This document shows, piece after piece, positions 18,178 to 28,233 of a DNA stretch of 64,000 nt. Source of the stretch: Candidatus Krumholzibacteriia bacterium (GTDB lineage Bacteria; Krumholzibacteriota; Krumholzibacteriia; JAJRXK01); contig JBGPIA010000002.1 of the NCBI GenBank assembly GCA_041484665.1, forward strand, positions 96,001 to 160,000, written 5' to 3'. The notes beneath the pieces were generated by a model. It was not told where the DNA came from and did not search any database. It worked only from the letters and a program-made list of their open reading frames with translations. The position numbers and the translations under genes were made by a program. Numbering within the stretch: position 1 is the first letter of the stretch; each line of letters starts with the position of its first letter.

Positions 18178-18199
18178 GCTCCTGCTCGCGGGCAGGAGC
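18178..18199. terminator. Hairpin between convergent thiE-like and mltD genes
   Basis: GCTCCTGC-TCGCGG-GCAGGAGC; no clear U-tract. Confidence 0.35.
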
Positions 18200-18263
18200 C
18201 CGGCGGGAGCCCCCCTCGACACGGCGCGGGGCTGCCGCGCACCGCTGTGGCGCACCGATGCGA

Positions 18264-20078
18264 TCAGTCCTGCGTCGCGCGCGGCTGCCAGATGCTCAGC
18301 ACGTCGCCGGGGAAGATCTTGGCGTTGCGCGAGAGGTGGTTCCAGACCACCAGGTCCTTCACCTGCACGCCAAACTGGCGTCCGATGGCGTGCAGCGTGT
18401 CCCCCTTGCGCACCCGGTACTCGATCCGCCGGTGGGTCTGCTCGGTCACGTCCAGCGGCGGGTCCGTGCTGCGGCCGCTCGCGGCGGCGCGGGAAGCGGT
18501 CTCCACCACGGCGGCCACCTCCTCGGCCGGCGGCTTGACCCCCTGCGGGTAGGGGATGGTGAGCACGCGGCCGCCGCGCACCGCACGCACGTTGGCGATC
18601 CCGTTGAGCTCCATGATCGCGTCGACGTTCGTGCGGTATTGCCGGGCGATCTGGCCGAGCGTCTCGCCGGGCTGCACCCGATGCTGGCGCCACGTGATGC
18701 GGGAGCCTTCCGGGATCGCGACCAGCGCCGCCAGCAGCTTGTCCCCCGCGCCGGACGGAACGCGCAACTCGTAGCCCTTCACGCCCGGCGGCGTGCAGCC
18801 GGCCAGGAGCTGCGGGTTGAGCTCCCGCAGCTGCGACTCCGCCACGCCGGCCGCGCGCGCGATCTGGTCCAGCCCGTAGGCGCCATCGAGCTTGACCACC
18901 GCATAGCGCAGCGTGTCGGGTGACGGTGCCGTGAACCCGAAGGACTGCGGATCCTGGGCGATACGGTAGGCCGCTACGACCTTGGGAACGTACTCGCGCG
19001 TCTGCTTCGGCAGCGGCATCGTCCAGTAATTGGCCTCGCCGTCGAGGGCGACCGCGCGCTGGATCCTGTACTCGCCGGCGTTGTAGGCGGCCAGGGCCAG
19101 CGGCCAGCTCTGGAACATGCGGTGCAGCATCTTAAGGTACTGGCAGGCGGCGCGCGTCGACTTCTCCAGGTCACGGCGCTCGTCGAGCCACTCGTTGACC
19201 TTCAGCCCGTGGTTGCGAGCTGTGGCACGGATGAACTGCCAGTAGCCCACCGCCCCGGCGCGGCTGCGCACGCTGTGATGGAGCCCGCTCTCGATCATGG
19301 CAACGTACAGCAGCTCCTCGGGCAGGCCCTCGTCCTTGAGGATCGACGTGATGACCGGTCCCACGCTCTCGCGGCGTTCCAGCCAAACCTGGAAGTGGTC
19401 GTGCGCGCGCGTGCAGAAGTATTCCTGCCAGTAGCGGACCTGCTCGTTGTCCACGGCCAAGACCTCGCGCGCGAAGGCATCGGGACCCTCCGCGCGTGCC
19501 GGCACCATGAACGCGGGGATGTGGTAGCGGGTGCGCAGGCTGTCGTACGCCTCGGTCAGCGTCTGGGTGACTGGGGAGTAGCTGTCGGCGAAGAAGCGCT
19601 CCTCGGCCAGGATGTGCGCGAAGTGCTGGAGCTTGCGGCCGATGGACTCGAGGTAGATCAACGACAGCGAATCGGGATGCGCCTGGTGTTCCTGGTCGAG
19701 GCGCTCGCGCAACAGATAGAAATGCTCCTCTGCCAGATCGAGGTCGTGCTCGGCGTACCGGCGGCTCCCGGCGATGTAGAGGGAGTCCAGCTCGGCCAGG
19801 GCCGGTCGGGCACGTAGCAGCTTGGCGAGCAGGGTCTCGTCGCTGGTGGCCATCGACTGCGCGTCGGCGGGGGCGGCATTGAAGGCGGCAGTATCCGCGA
19901 GCTGAGCGGCCACGGCCCATGCGCTGGCTTGGGGCGTCGTCTGGGGCCGGGACGGTGGGGGGCCTCCGCACGCCCCCAGGGCAGCGATCCCCATGGTCGC
20001 CACCAGGGCCGGCCCCGCGGGTGCCGCGATCCGCAACCGCTGGCCGTGACCGGGACGTGGCGGGCGATGGCGCGTCAT
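18264..20078 (-). CDS. mltD: Membrane-bound lytic murein transglycosylase D-like lipoprotein (SLT domain plus LysM repeats)
   Basis: Lipobox LGAC, AMIESG (catalytic Glu), AVGYWQF, LALAAYNAGE, LysM motifs HRVQPGETLGQIA and YRVRKGDTLHAIG. Confidence 0.88.
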   Translation of the reverse strand: MTRHRPPRPGHGQRLRIAAPAGPALVATMGIAALGACGGPPPSRPQTTPQASAWAVAAQLADTAAFNAAPADAQSMATSDETLLAKLLRARPALAELDSLYIAGSRRYAEHDLDLAEEHFYLLRERLDQEHQAHPDSLSLIYLESIGRKLQHFAHILAEERFFADSYSPVTQTLTEAYDSLRTRYHIPAFMVPARAEGPDAFAREVLAVDNEQVRYWQEYFCTRAHDHFQVWLERRESVGPVITSILKDEGLPEELLYVAMIESGLHHSVRSRAGAVGYWQFIRATARNHGLKVNEWLDERRDLEKSTRAACQYLKMLHRMFQSWPLALAAYNAGEYRIQRAVALDGEANYWTMPLPKQTREYVPKVVAAYRIAQDPQSFGFTAPSPDTLRYAVVKLDGAYGLDQIARAAGVAESQLRELNPQLLAGCTPPGVKGYELRVPSGAGDKLLAALVAIPEGSRITWRQHRVQPGETLGQIARQYRTNVDAIMELNGIANVRAVRGGRVLTIPYPQGVKPPAEEVAAVVETASRAAASGRSTDPPLDVTEQTHRRIEYRVRKGDTLHAIGRQFGVQVKDLVVWNHLSRNAKIFPGDVLSIWQPRATQD

Positions 20079-20259
20079 AACCGCTGATTCCCCCTCGAGG
20101 TCGGTGGTTGTCGGGTCCGCGCCGGGAAGCGCCACCCTAGCGGCTGTTCCGTGCGGCGGGCAAGTTTGGTTTCATCCAGGGCGCCCTGCGCCCGTGGTAC
20201 ACTGGAGCGGGAGGGGGCAATCCCCGTGCCGTGCAGCGAAGCCTCGCCGCAGGATCCGC

Positions 20260-21612
20260 ATGAAGTACCGAAGGCAACGCCTTGATCTCCATCGGTTTGT
20301 GACCCTGGAAGTTCCCCGCGATCGACTCAGCTCCTTGCTGCGCGGGCGAATCGATGCCGCCCTGCAGGAGGGGGGCGACCTGCGCCCGGTTGCCGCACAA
20401 GCCGTCGCCGAGTTGCTCGAACGGGGAGCCCTGCGTCCCCACGGCGCTCTGCGGGAGAGCGGCGAGCGTGTGACCCTCTACCGGCTCGACGGCTCGTCGC
20501 GACTGTTCGACCTGCGAAGCCTTGCGGGCTCGGCGCTGGCCGCGCAGCCGCGACCGGGGGGCCCCGCAATCCCGGCGGCGGCAGCACCGCCCGCTGCCGC
20601 CACGCCGCCGCCTGCCGCCCCTCCGCGACAGAGCGTCGCGGCCGCGCCTTCCAATTCGCATGCCAATACCGGAGCCTGGTCCACGGTCGCTGCGATCCGC
20701 GCGACCTTTCGCCGCGACTGGGTGTCGTTCGGGCTGGAGTCCAGCCTCGATGGCCTGATGGCCGAGTTGCGCCATCAGCTCCACGAGCCCGGGTTGGAGC
20801 TCGCACTGTGGGAGGCCCGCCTTCCCTTGTCGGTCGCCGCGGGGGTCGGCTGGCGGCAGGTGTCCGAGGGCGAGACGCTGCTGGCCGCGGGGCTGGCGAC
20901 TGGAGGGCCACCGCCAGCGGCGAGCGTAGGGGCGGTCACGGCAACCGGCGTGCTGCACAATGGCCGTCGATGGGCACCCGTGTGGGCGGGCGAGTCGGTC
21001 GTGGGCGCGCTGGGCGCGCGCAGCACGCTAGACCCGCGGCTGTTGGCCGAGGCCGCCGGGGCGATCTCCGACCTGCTGCAGGCGGCGCAGCGCAGCCAGC
21101 GGCGCGTGTTCACCGATCCGCTGACGGGAGTGCACAACCGAGGATTCTTCGACCGTCAGCTCAGCGTGGAGGTGGAGCGCGGGCGGCGAGCTGGCGAGCC
21201 GCTCGCTTTGCTGTTCGCCGACCTCGACCACTTCAAGGACATCAACGATCGATTGGGCCACCAAGCCGGCGACCGCGCGCTGCAGCACCTTGCGTCGCTG
21301 CTGGTGGCGCACGTGCGGCGCATCGATGCGGTGTTTCGTTACGGTGGCGAGGAGTTCGCGCTGCTGCTGCCGGGCACCGACGTGCAGGAAGCCTTCAACA
21401 CGGCCGAGCGCCTCCGCCGCACGCTGCACGCGTCGCCGCCGCTGCTCCCCGCCGCGGGGAACCTCCCGCTCACGATCAGCATCGGAGGCGCCGTCTTTCC
21501 CCAGCACGCCCAAAGCGAGCGCGACTTGCTGCGCCACGCCGACGAGGCGATGTACCTGGCCAAGGCGCGCGGCCGCGACTGCGTCGTGATGTATCCGGGC
21601 GCCGACGCCTGA
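20260..21612 (+). CDS. Diguanylate cyclase (GGEEF) with an unrecognised N-terminal domain and GAF-like region
   Basis: TDPLTGVHNRG, DLDHFKDINDRLGHQAGD, RRID I-site, RYGGEEF, ADEAMYLAK; extended -10 TGgTACACT at 20195-20203. Confidence 0.92.
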   Translation: MKYRRQRLDLHRFVTLEVPRDRLSSLLRGRIDAALQEGGDLRPVAAQAVAELLERGALRPHGALRESGERVTLYRLDGSSRLFDLRSLAGSALAAQPRPGGPAIPAAAAPPAAATPPPAAPPRQSVAAAPSNSHANTGAWSTVAAIRATFRRDWVSFGLESSLDGLMAELRHQLHEPGLELALWEARLPLSVAAGVGWRQVSEGETLLAAGLATGGPPPAASVGAVTATGVLHNGRRWAPVWAGESVVGALGARSTLDPRLLAEAAGAISDLLQAAQRSQRRVFTDPLTGVHNRGFFDRQLSVEVERGRRAGEPLALLFADLDHFKDINDRLGHQAGDRALQHLASLLVAHVRRIDAVFRYGGEEFALLLPGTDVQEAFNTAERLRRTLHASPPLLPAAGNLPLTISIGGAVFPQHAQSERDLLRHADEAMYLAKARGRDCVVMYPGADA

Positions 21613-21723
21613 GAGCCGCAGCGCGCCGCCGCAGTACCCCCGGTCACGCGCCCCGACACGGACGAGGGCGCCCTTGGGCCTCCCGCCTCCTCTGGACAAC
21701 ACGCCTCCCACACGCGCGCGCCC

Positions 21724-24054
21724 GTGACGCGGGCGTTCGCAGGGGAGCGAGACGTGAATCCGCTGTGGATCGTGTTGGTCGCGGCGTTGCTGGGCAGCGC
21801 CGCGCTAGGGCCGTTCGTGGACCCCGCCGGTCGTCTGGCCGCGGGTGTGGGTGCCGTCGCGCTGGTGTGGCGTGCGCGCGGGCTGGGCGGCAGCACCGCG
21901 GTGGTGGCCTGCGGGCTCGCGCTGGGCCTGTGGTCCGCGCTGCGCACAGCGGATCCGCTGCGCGGGTGCGCGCGCTGGCAGGGCCAGGAGGTCGCGGTCC
22001 GCTTCGCCGTGGAGGGTCGGGTGCTCCACGGCAGCGCGGCGGGTTGGATCGCCGCCCCCGGACGCCCGCCGGTGCGCGCGTGGCTGACCGGGCTGGGGGA
22101 GGGGCACGGGCCGGGCTCGGCCGGCGCCGCCCGCGCGCGCGTGCGCTCCGTCGACCCACCGCGCAACCCCGACGACCGCGACGCGCGGCGCGAGGCCCTC
22201 GGCCGCCGCACGCTGCTGCGCGCCCGGCTGCTGGACGCTCCCGCTCCGCTGCGCCCGCCAGCGCCGGGACCAAGGGAGCGCCTGCGCGCTCGCGCCGTCG
22301 CCGTCTGGCGGCGCGGTCTGGGTGAAGGAGCGGAGCTGTGGGCTGCGCTGCTGTTGGGCGAGCGGACGGACTTCGATCCGCGGGCGAGCGCTCGCTTCCG
22401 CGCGCTGGGGCAGTTCCACCTGCTCAGCCTCAGTGGCACGCACGTGGCCCTGGTGGCCGCGTTGATGGTGGTGCTCACGCGCCGGTGGCCACGCCTGCGC
22501 GGATGGGGCGTGCCCGCGATCGTGCTGCTGTGGTCGGCGCTGGTGGGTTTCATCCCGGCGTTGGCGCGCGCGGTCGGGATGATGCTGTGGCTGCAGCTGG
22601 CCCGGCGGATGCGGCGCCCCGCGCGCGGGCTCGACGCGCTGGCCGCCATGGCGCTGGTCGAGACGGCGTGGCGTCCGTGGAACCTGACGGGGCTGAGCTG
22701 GTGGCTCAGCTACGCCGCCACTGCGGGACTGCTGCACGGCGCCAGCGCGGCGCGAGGGCGCGGCCGTCTGCGCCAGGCGTTGTCCATCTCGTTGGCGGCG
22801 CAGGCGGCCACGCTGCCCTGGGTGCTGGCCGCCTTCGGGCAGGTGCCCTGGAGCGCGGCAGTGTGCGATCTGGTGCTCGCACCCTGCTTCGCCGTGCTGA
22901 TGTGGATCGGCGCCCTGGCCGGAACTCTCGCGGTGGCGCTGCCACCGCTCGCTCCCGCAGTGCTGGCCTGGCTCGCGCTGGCGACCCACACCGCGGGCGC
23001 GCTCATGCTGGGGCTGGCGCGCCTGGCGCCGCCCTTGTGGGGGCATCCCGGAATGGTGGGCGCAGCCTGGAGCGGGGCGCTGGCGATGGTCGCCGTCCAT
23101 CTGGTGCCGAGCCTGTTGCCGAGCCGGCGAGCGCGTGGGCTGGTGACTGCCGGGCTGCTGCTGGCCGTCCACGCGTCGGTGTTGCGCGGCGACTCCGCGC
23201 GGTGGGCCAGCCTCGACGTCGGTCAGGCCGACGCCGGCGTTCTGCGCGTGGGGCGCCGCGCATGGCTGGTCGTGGATGCGGGTGACGCTCGCGCCGGCCT
23301 CGACGCCGGCGCGCGCATCGTGGCGCCGTATCTGGCAAGGCGCGGCGCGTGCCACGTGACCCTCGCGCTCACCCACGGGCATCTCGACCACATCGGTGGC
23401 GCACCCGCGTTGCTGCGCAGCGGCCGCATCGTGCGGCTCGCGCTGGCGGCTGCCGACAGCAGCGCGGCGTGGACGCGCCCCCTCACCGCGTTGGCCCGCC
23501 CGCGAGGCATCACCATCCGCTGGCTTGCCGCCGGCGACACCCTGCACGTGGGAACCCAGACGACCGCATGCTGGTGGCCTCCCCCCGTGGCGGCCGGGCT
23601 GCACGCCAACGACCGTAGCCTGGTGCTCGCCGTCGACCTGCGGGCCGGAACGCTGCTGCTCGCGGGAGACGTTGAGCGCGCGGGCGAACGACGGATGCTC
23701 GCCGATGGCGTGGGCTCCGCCAGTGCGCCCCTGCCCGCGCCACTGGTGCTCAAGATCGCCCATCACGGCGGAGACACCAGCAGCGACGCGGCGTGGCTCG
23801 ATTGGCTGCGTCCGGCCGCCGGGTTGATCTCGTGCGGCGCCGGCAATCGCTACGGGCATCCCCACCCCGCTACACTGAGGCGTCTGCAGCAGCACGCGAT
23901 CGCAGTCTGGCGCACCGACACGCAGGGGGCACTCGTGCTCCGCGTGCAGGGCAATCGCCTGTGGCTGCGGGCGGTGCGTGGCCCGGCGGGCTGGGAGGCC
24001 GTGGCGTCGCCCGAGATCGGCGCTGGCGCGAATGGCCGCGGCCCGCCACCTTGA
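21724..24054 (+). CDS. comEC: ComEC/Rec2 DNA uptake channel with a metallo-beta-lactamase domain
   Basis: HLLSLSGTHV, multi-TM core, LDVGQAD, THGHLDHIGG, KIAHHG, GNRYGHPHP. Confidence 0.9.
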   Translation: MTRAFAGERDVNPLWIVLVAALLGSAALGPFVDPAGRLAAGVGAVALVWRARGLGGSTAVVACGLALGLWSALRTADPLRGCARWQGQEVAVRFAVEGRVLHGSAAGWIAAPGRPPVRAWLTGLGEGHGPGSAGAARARVRSVDPPRNPDDRDARREALGRRTLLRARLLDAPAPLRPPAPGPRERLRARAVAVWRRGLGEGAELWAALLLGERTDFDPRASARFRALGQFHLLSLSGTHVALVAALMVVLTRRWPRLRGWGVPAIVLLWSALVGFIPALARAVGMMLWLQLARRMRRPARGLDALAAMALVETAWRPWNLTGLSWWLSYAATAGLLHGASAARGRGRLRQALSISLAAQAATLPWVLAAFGQVPWSAAVCDLVLAPCFAVLMWIGALAGTLAVALPPLAPAVLAWLALATHTAGALMLGLARLAPPLWGHPGMVGAAWSGALAMVAVHLVPSLLPSRRARGLVTAGLLLAVHASVLRGDSARWASLDVGQADAGVLRVGRRAWLVVDAGDARAGLDAGARIVAPYLARRGACHVTLALTHGHLDHIGGAPALLRSGRIVRLALAAADSSAAWTRPLTALARPRGITIRWLAAGDTLHVGTQTTACWWPPPVAAGLHANDRSLVLAVDLRAGTLLLAGDVERAGERRMLADGVGSASAPLPAPLVLKIAHHGGDTSSDAAWLDWLRPAAGLISCGAGNRYGHPHPATLRRLQQHAIAVWRTDTQGALVLRVQGNRLWLRAVRGPAGWEAVASPEIGAGANGRGPPP

Positions 24055-24079
24055 CGCCCGCCGGGGCGCACCGTATCCT
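24051..24079 (+). promoter_or_regulatory. Sigma70-like promoter of purC-purH-guaA
   Basis: TTGACG-17 nt-TATCCT. Confidence 0.6.
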
Positions 24080-24166
24080 GCGGCCGCCCGATCGGGACCG
24101 CGCACGTCATCCGTCATCTCCCTTCGATCCCCAACGCCATCCGCCTCGCGGCGCGGCGTCTCCACC

Positions 24167-25074
<908 letters not shown>

Positions 25075-25078
<4 letters not shown>

Positions 25079-26589
25079 ACGCACAGCGGCCCCGGCGCGC
25101 CCTCCTGAGCGTCACGGACAAGAACGGCCTCCTGGCGCTGGTCGCGCGGCTGGTCGCGCACAATTACCAGCTCGTGGCCAGCGGAGGCACCGCGGCGGCG
25201 CTGCGCGCCGCTGGGCACCCTGTGATCGACGTGCGCGCGGTCACCGGGCAGGACGAGATCCTGGGTGGCCGGGTGAAGACGCTGCATCCGGCCATCGCCG
25301 CCGGGATCCTCGCGCGCACCGCCGAGGACCTCGCGGACACGGGGTTTGCCCCCATCGATCTGGTGGTGGTCAATCTCTACGACTTCGAGGGGGCCGTGGC
25401 GCGCGGCGCGGCGGAGGAGGAGCTCGTCGAGGCGGTGGACATCGGCGGCCCCACGCTCCTGCGCGCCGCCGCGAAGAACTGCGAGCGCGTGACGGTCGTC
25501 TGCGACCCGCGCCACTACGACGCCCTCGCCGCCGAGCTGGCGGCGCATGCGGGGGGCACCAGCGCGGCCTTCCGGCGTCGCATGGCGGGCGAGGTCTTCG
25601 CGCGCACCGGCGCCTACGACTCGGTCATCGCCCGCGAGCTGTTCGCCCAGCACGGCGTTCCTGCCGGAGCGCGCGCGCTGCGATACGGTGAGAACCCGCA
25701 TCAGCTCGGCTGGTGGAGGGTGGAGGGTGGCGGCGATCTGGACGCGCTGGGGCTGCACCTACGGGGAGGCAAGGAGCTCAGCTACAACAATCTGCTGGAC
25801 TTGGTGGCGGCGCTGCAGCTCGCGCTGGATTTGCCGTCGGCCGCGTGCGCAGTGGTCAAGCACACCAATCCGTGTGGTGTGGGACTGGGCCGGTCCCCCG
25901 CGCAATCGCTGGAGCAGGCTCTGGCCTGCGACCCCCTGTCGGCGTTCGGCGGCATCGTCGCTCTGCGCGGCACGGTGGACGCGGCATGCGCCACGGTGCT
26001 GGCCGCCCGCTTCCTCGAGGTGGTGGCCGCCGACGGCTACGACGCGGACGCGGCAGAGCTGCTGGCGGCCAGGAAAAACCTGCGCTGGCTGGACGTGGAC
26101 TGGGAGCGCTCTGCGGTCCGGCTGCGGGGGAGCGAGCGCCGCTTCGGGCGCCTGCTCGTAGGACAGCAGGACGACGACGGATTCCCGGAGCTGGCGGCGT
26201 GGCCTCACGCGGGCGGCCCGGTCCCCGATGCGGCGGCGATGGCGGCGTGCGCGCTGGCGTGGCGCGTGGCCAAGCACGTCAAGAGCAACGCGATCGTGCT
26301 CGCGAGCACCCAGCAGACCCTCGGCATCGGCGCCGGCCAGATGAGCCGCGTGGACAGCTGCCGTCTGGCGGTGCGCAAGGCCCAGGACGCCGGGCTGACG
26401 CTCGCGGGATGCTCGGCGGCCAGCGACGGCTTCTTTCCCTTCCCCGACGGGCTGGAGGTGCTGGCGCAGGCCGGCGTGGCGGCGGTGCTGGCCCCCGGTG
26501 GCTCGATTCGCGACGCAGAGGTGGCGCAGGCCGCCGATCGGCTCGGCGTTTCCCTCGCGCTCTGCGGGCGCCGCCACTTCCGCCACTGA
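25075..26589 (+). CDS. purH: Bifunctional AICAR transformylase/IMP cyclohydrolase (probable CTG start)
   Basis: RRALLSVTDK, GGRVKTLHP, DIGGPTLLRAAAKN, RYGENPHQ, KHTNPCG, KHVKSNAI, GAGQMSRVDS, RHFRH. Confidence 0.95.
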
Positions 26590-26620
26590 GCGCTGGGGCA
26601 AACGATCCAGGAGGCCCGCC

Positions 26621-28162
26621 ATGCGCAAGCGCCCGACCGTCGTCGTCGTCGACTTTGGCTCCCAGTTCAGCCAGCTCATCACGCGTCGGCTGCGCGAGCT
26701 CGGCGTCTTCAGCGAGCTGCTCCCGCCCGAGCGCGCGGCGGAGGTGGCGCAGCGCGATCAGCTGGCCGGCGTGATCCTCTCCGGCGGGCCCGCGAGTGTG
26801 CGCGAGGCGGGCTCGCCCAAGCTGCCGCCCGAGCTGCTCGCGCTGGGCGTACCCGTGTTGGGCATCTGCTACGGCATGCAGTTGCTGGCGCAGGAGCTGG
26901 GCGGCCACGTGGGGTCGGGCGAGAGCCGTGAGTACGGCGACGAGCAGGTCGACGTGCAGGAGGGGGGCATCCTGTTCCACGCGACCCCCGCGCGCCAGCG
27001 GGTGTGGATGAGCCACGGCGATCACGTCGACCGCGTGCCGGCTGGTTTCCGGGTCCTGGCGCGCTCCACCGCCGGCACGATCGCCTCCATGGCGGACGAG
27101 GGGCGCCGGATCTACGGCCTGATGTTCCATCCGGAGGTGAGCCACACCGAGTACGGCATGGACCTGCTGGAGAATTTCGTGCGCGGAGCGTGCGGCGTCG
27201 TCGAGGCGTGGGACCACGGATCGTTCCTGGAGGAGCAGGTGGAGGCGATCCGCACGCGCGTGGGCCAGGAGCGCGTGCTCTGCGCCGTGAGCGGCGGCGT
27301 GGACAGCAGCGTGACCGCGGTGCTGGTGGAGCGTGCGGTCGGGGCGCAGCTGACGGCCGTATTTGTGGACAACGGGCTGCTGCGCCAGGACGAGGCCGCG
27401 CGCGTCACCGAGCGCCTGCGCGGGCTGCTGCACGGGCAGCTGGTCGCCGTCGACGCCGCGGAGCTCTTCCTGGCCGAGCTGGCCGGCGTGGCCGACCCCG
27501 AGGAGAAGCGGCGCCGCATCGGGCGCACGTTCATCGCGGTGTTCGAGCAGACCGCGCGCGAGCACGGTCCCTTCCGCTTCCTGGCACAGGGAACGCTCTA
27601 TCCTGACCGCATCGAGAGCCTCTCGGTGCGCGGCCCCAGCCACACCATCAAGACCCATCACAATGTGGGTGGCCTGCCGCAGCGCCTGGGCTTCACGCTG
27701 ATCGAGCCCCTGGCCGAGCTGTTCAAGGACGAGGTGCGCGCCATCGGCGCGCGGCTGGGCATCCCGGCAGACCTGCTCCACCGCCACCCGTTCCCGGGGC
27801 CGGGACTCGCCGTGCGCTGCCTGGGCGAGGTGACGCGCGAGCGGCTCGATCTGCTGCGGCGCGCGGACGCAATTTTCCTCCAAGAGCTGCGCGAAGCCGG
27901 TCTCTACGATCAGATTTGGCAGGCAGGCGCGGTGCTGCTCCCGCTGCGCTCGGTGGGTGTGATGGGGGACGCGCGCACCTACGATTGCGTGGTGGCGCTG
28001 CGAGCGGTCACCAGCACCGACGCCATGACGGCCGACTGGGCCCGCATCCCCGAAGCAGTGCTCGCCCGGATCAGCAACCGCATCGTGCGCGAGGTGCGCG
28101 GGATCAACCGCGTCGTCTACGACGTCACGAGCAAGCCGCCGGCGACCATCGAGTGGGAGTAG
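26621..28162 (+). CDS. guaA: GMP synthase (glutamine-hydrolysing)
   Basis: DFGSQF, GICYGMQ, HPEV, SGGVDS, IKTHHNVGG, RHPFPGPGLAVR, SKPPATIEWE. Confidence 0.97.
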   Translation: MRKRPTVVVVDFGSQFSQLITRRLRELGVFSELLPPERAAEVAQRDQLAGVILSGGPASVREAGSPKLPPELLALGVPVLGICYGMQLLAQELGGHVGSGESREYGDEQVDVQEGGILFHATPARQRVWMSHGDHVDRVPAGFRVLARSTAGTIASMADEGRRIYGLMFHPEVSHTEYGMDLLENFVRGACGVVEAWDHGSFLEEQVEAIRTRVGQERVLCAVSGGVDSSVTAVLVERAVGAQLTAVFVDNGLLRQDEAARVTERLRGLLHGQLVAVDAAELFLAELAGVADPEEKRRRIGRTFIAVFEQTAREHGPFRFLAQGTLYPDRIESLSVRGPSHTIKTHHNVGGLPQRLGFTLIEPLAELFKDEVRAIGARLGIPADLLHRHPFPGPGLAVRCLGEVTRERLDLLRRADAIFLQELREAGLYDQIWQAGAVLLPLRSVGVMGDARTYDCVVALRAVTSTDAMTADWARIPEAVLARISNRIVREVRGINRVVYDVTSKPPATIEWE

Positions 28163-28169
28163 GCGCCCC

Positions 28170-28198
28170 TTGGGGGCGCTCGCGCCCCGGCGTATCTT
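28170..28198 (+). promoter_or_regulatory. Sigma70-like promoter upstream of the M6 protease gene
   Basis: TTGGGG-17 nt-TATCTT. Confidence 0.4.
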
Positions 28199-28233
28199 GA
28201 GCCCATGGGCACCCCGCATCCCCGCCGCGCGCC

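Noticed and set aside
24080..24166. Leader of purC-purH-guaA as a ZTP or purine riboswitch
   Set aside because: No recognisable pfl/ZTP or purine aptamer consensus and no terminator by eye; an Rfam cmscan would settle it.
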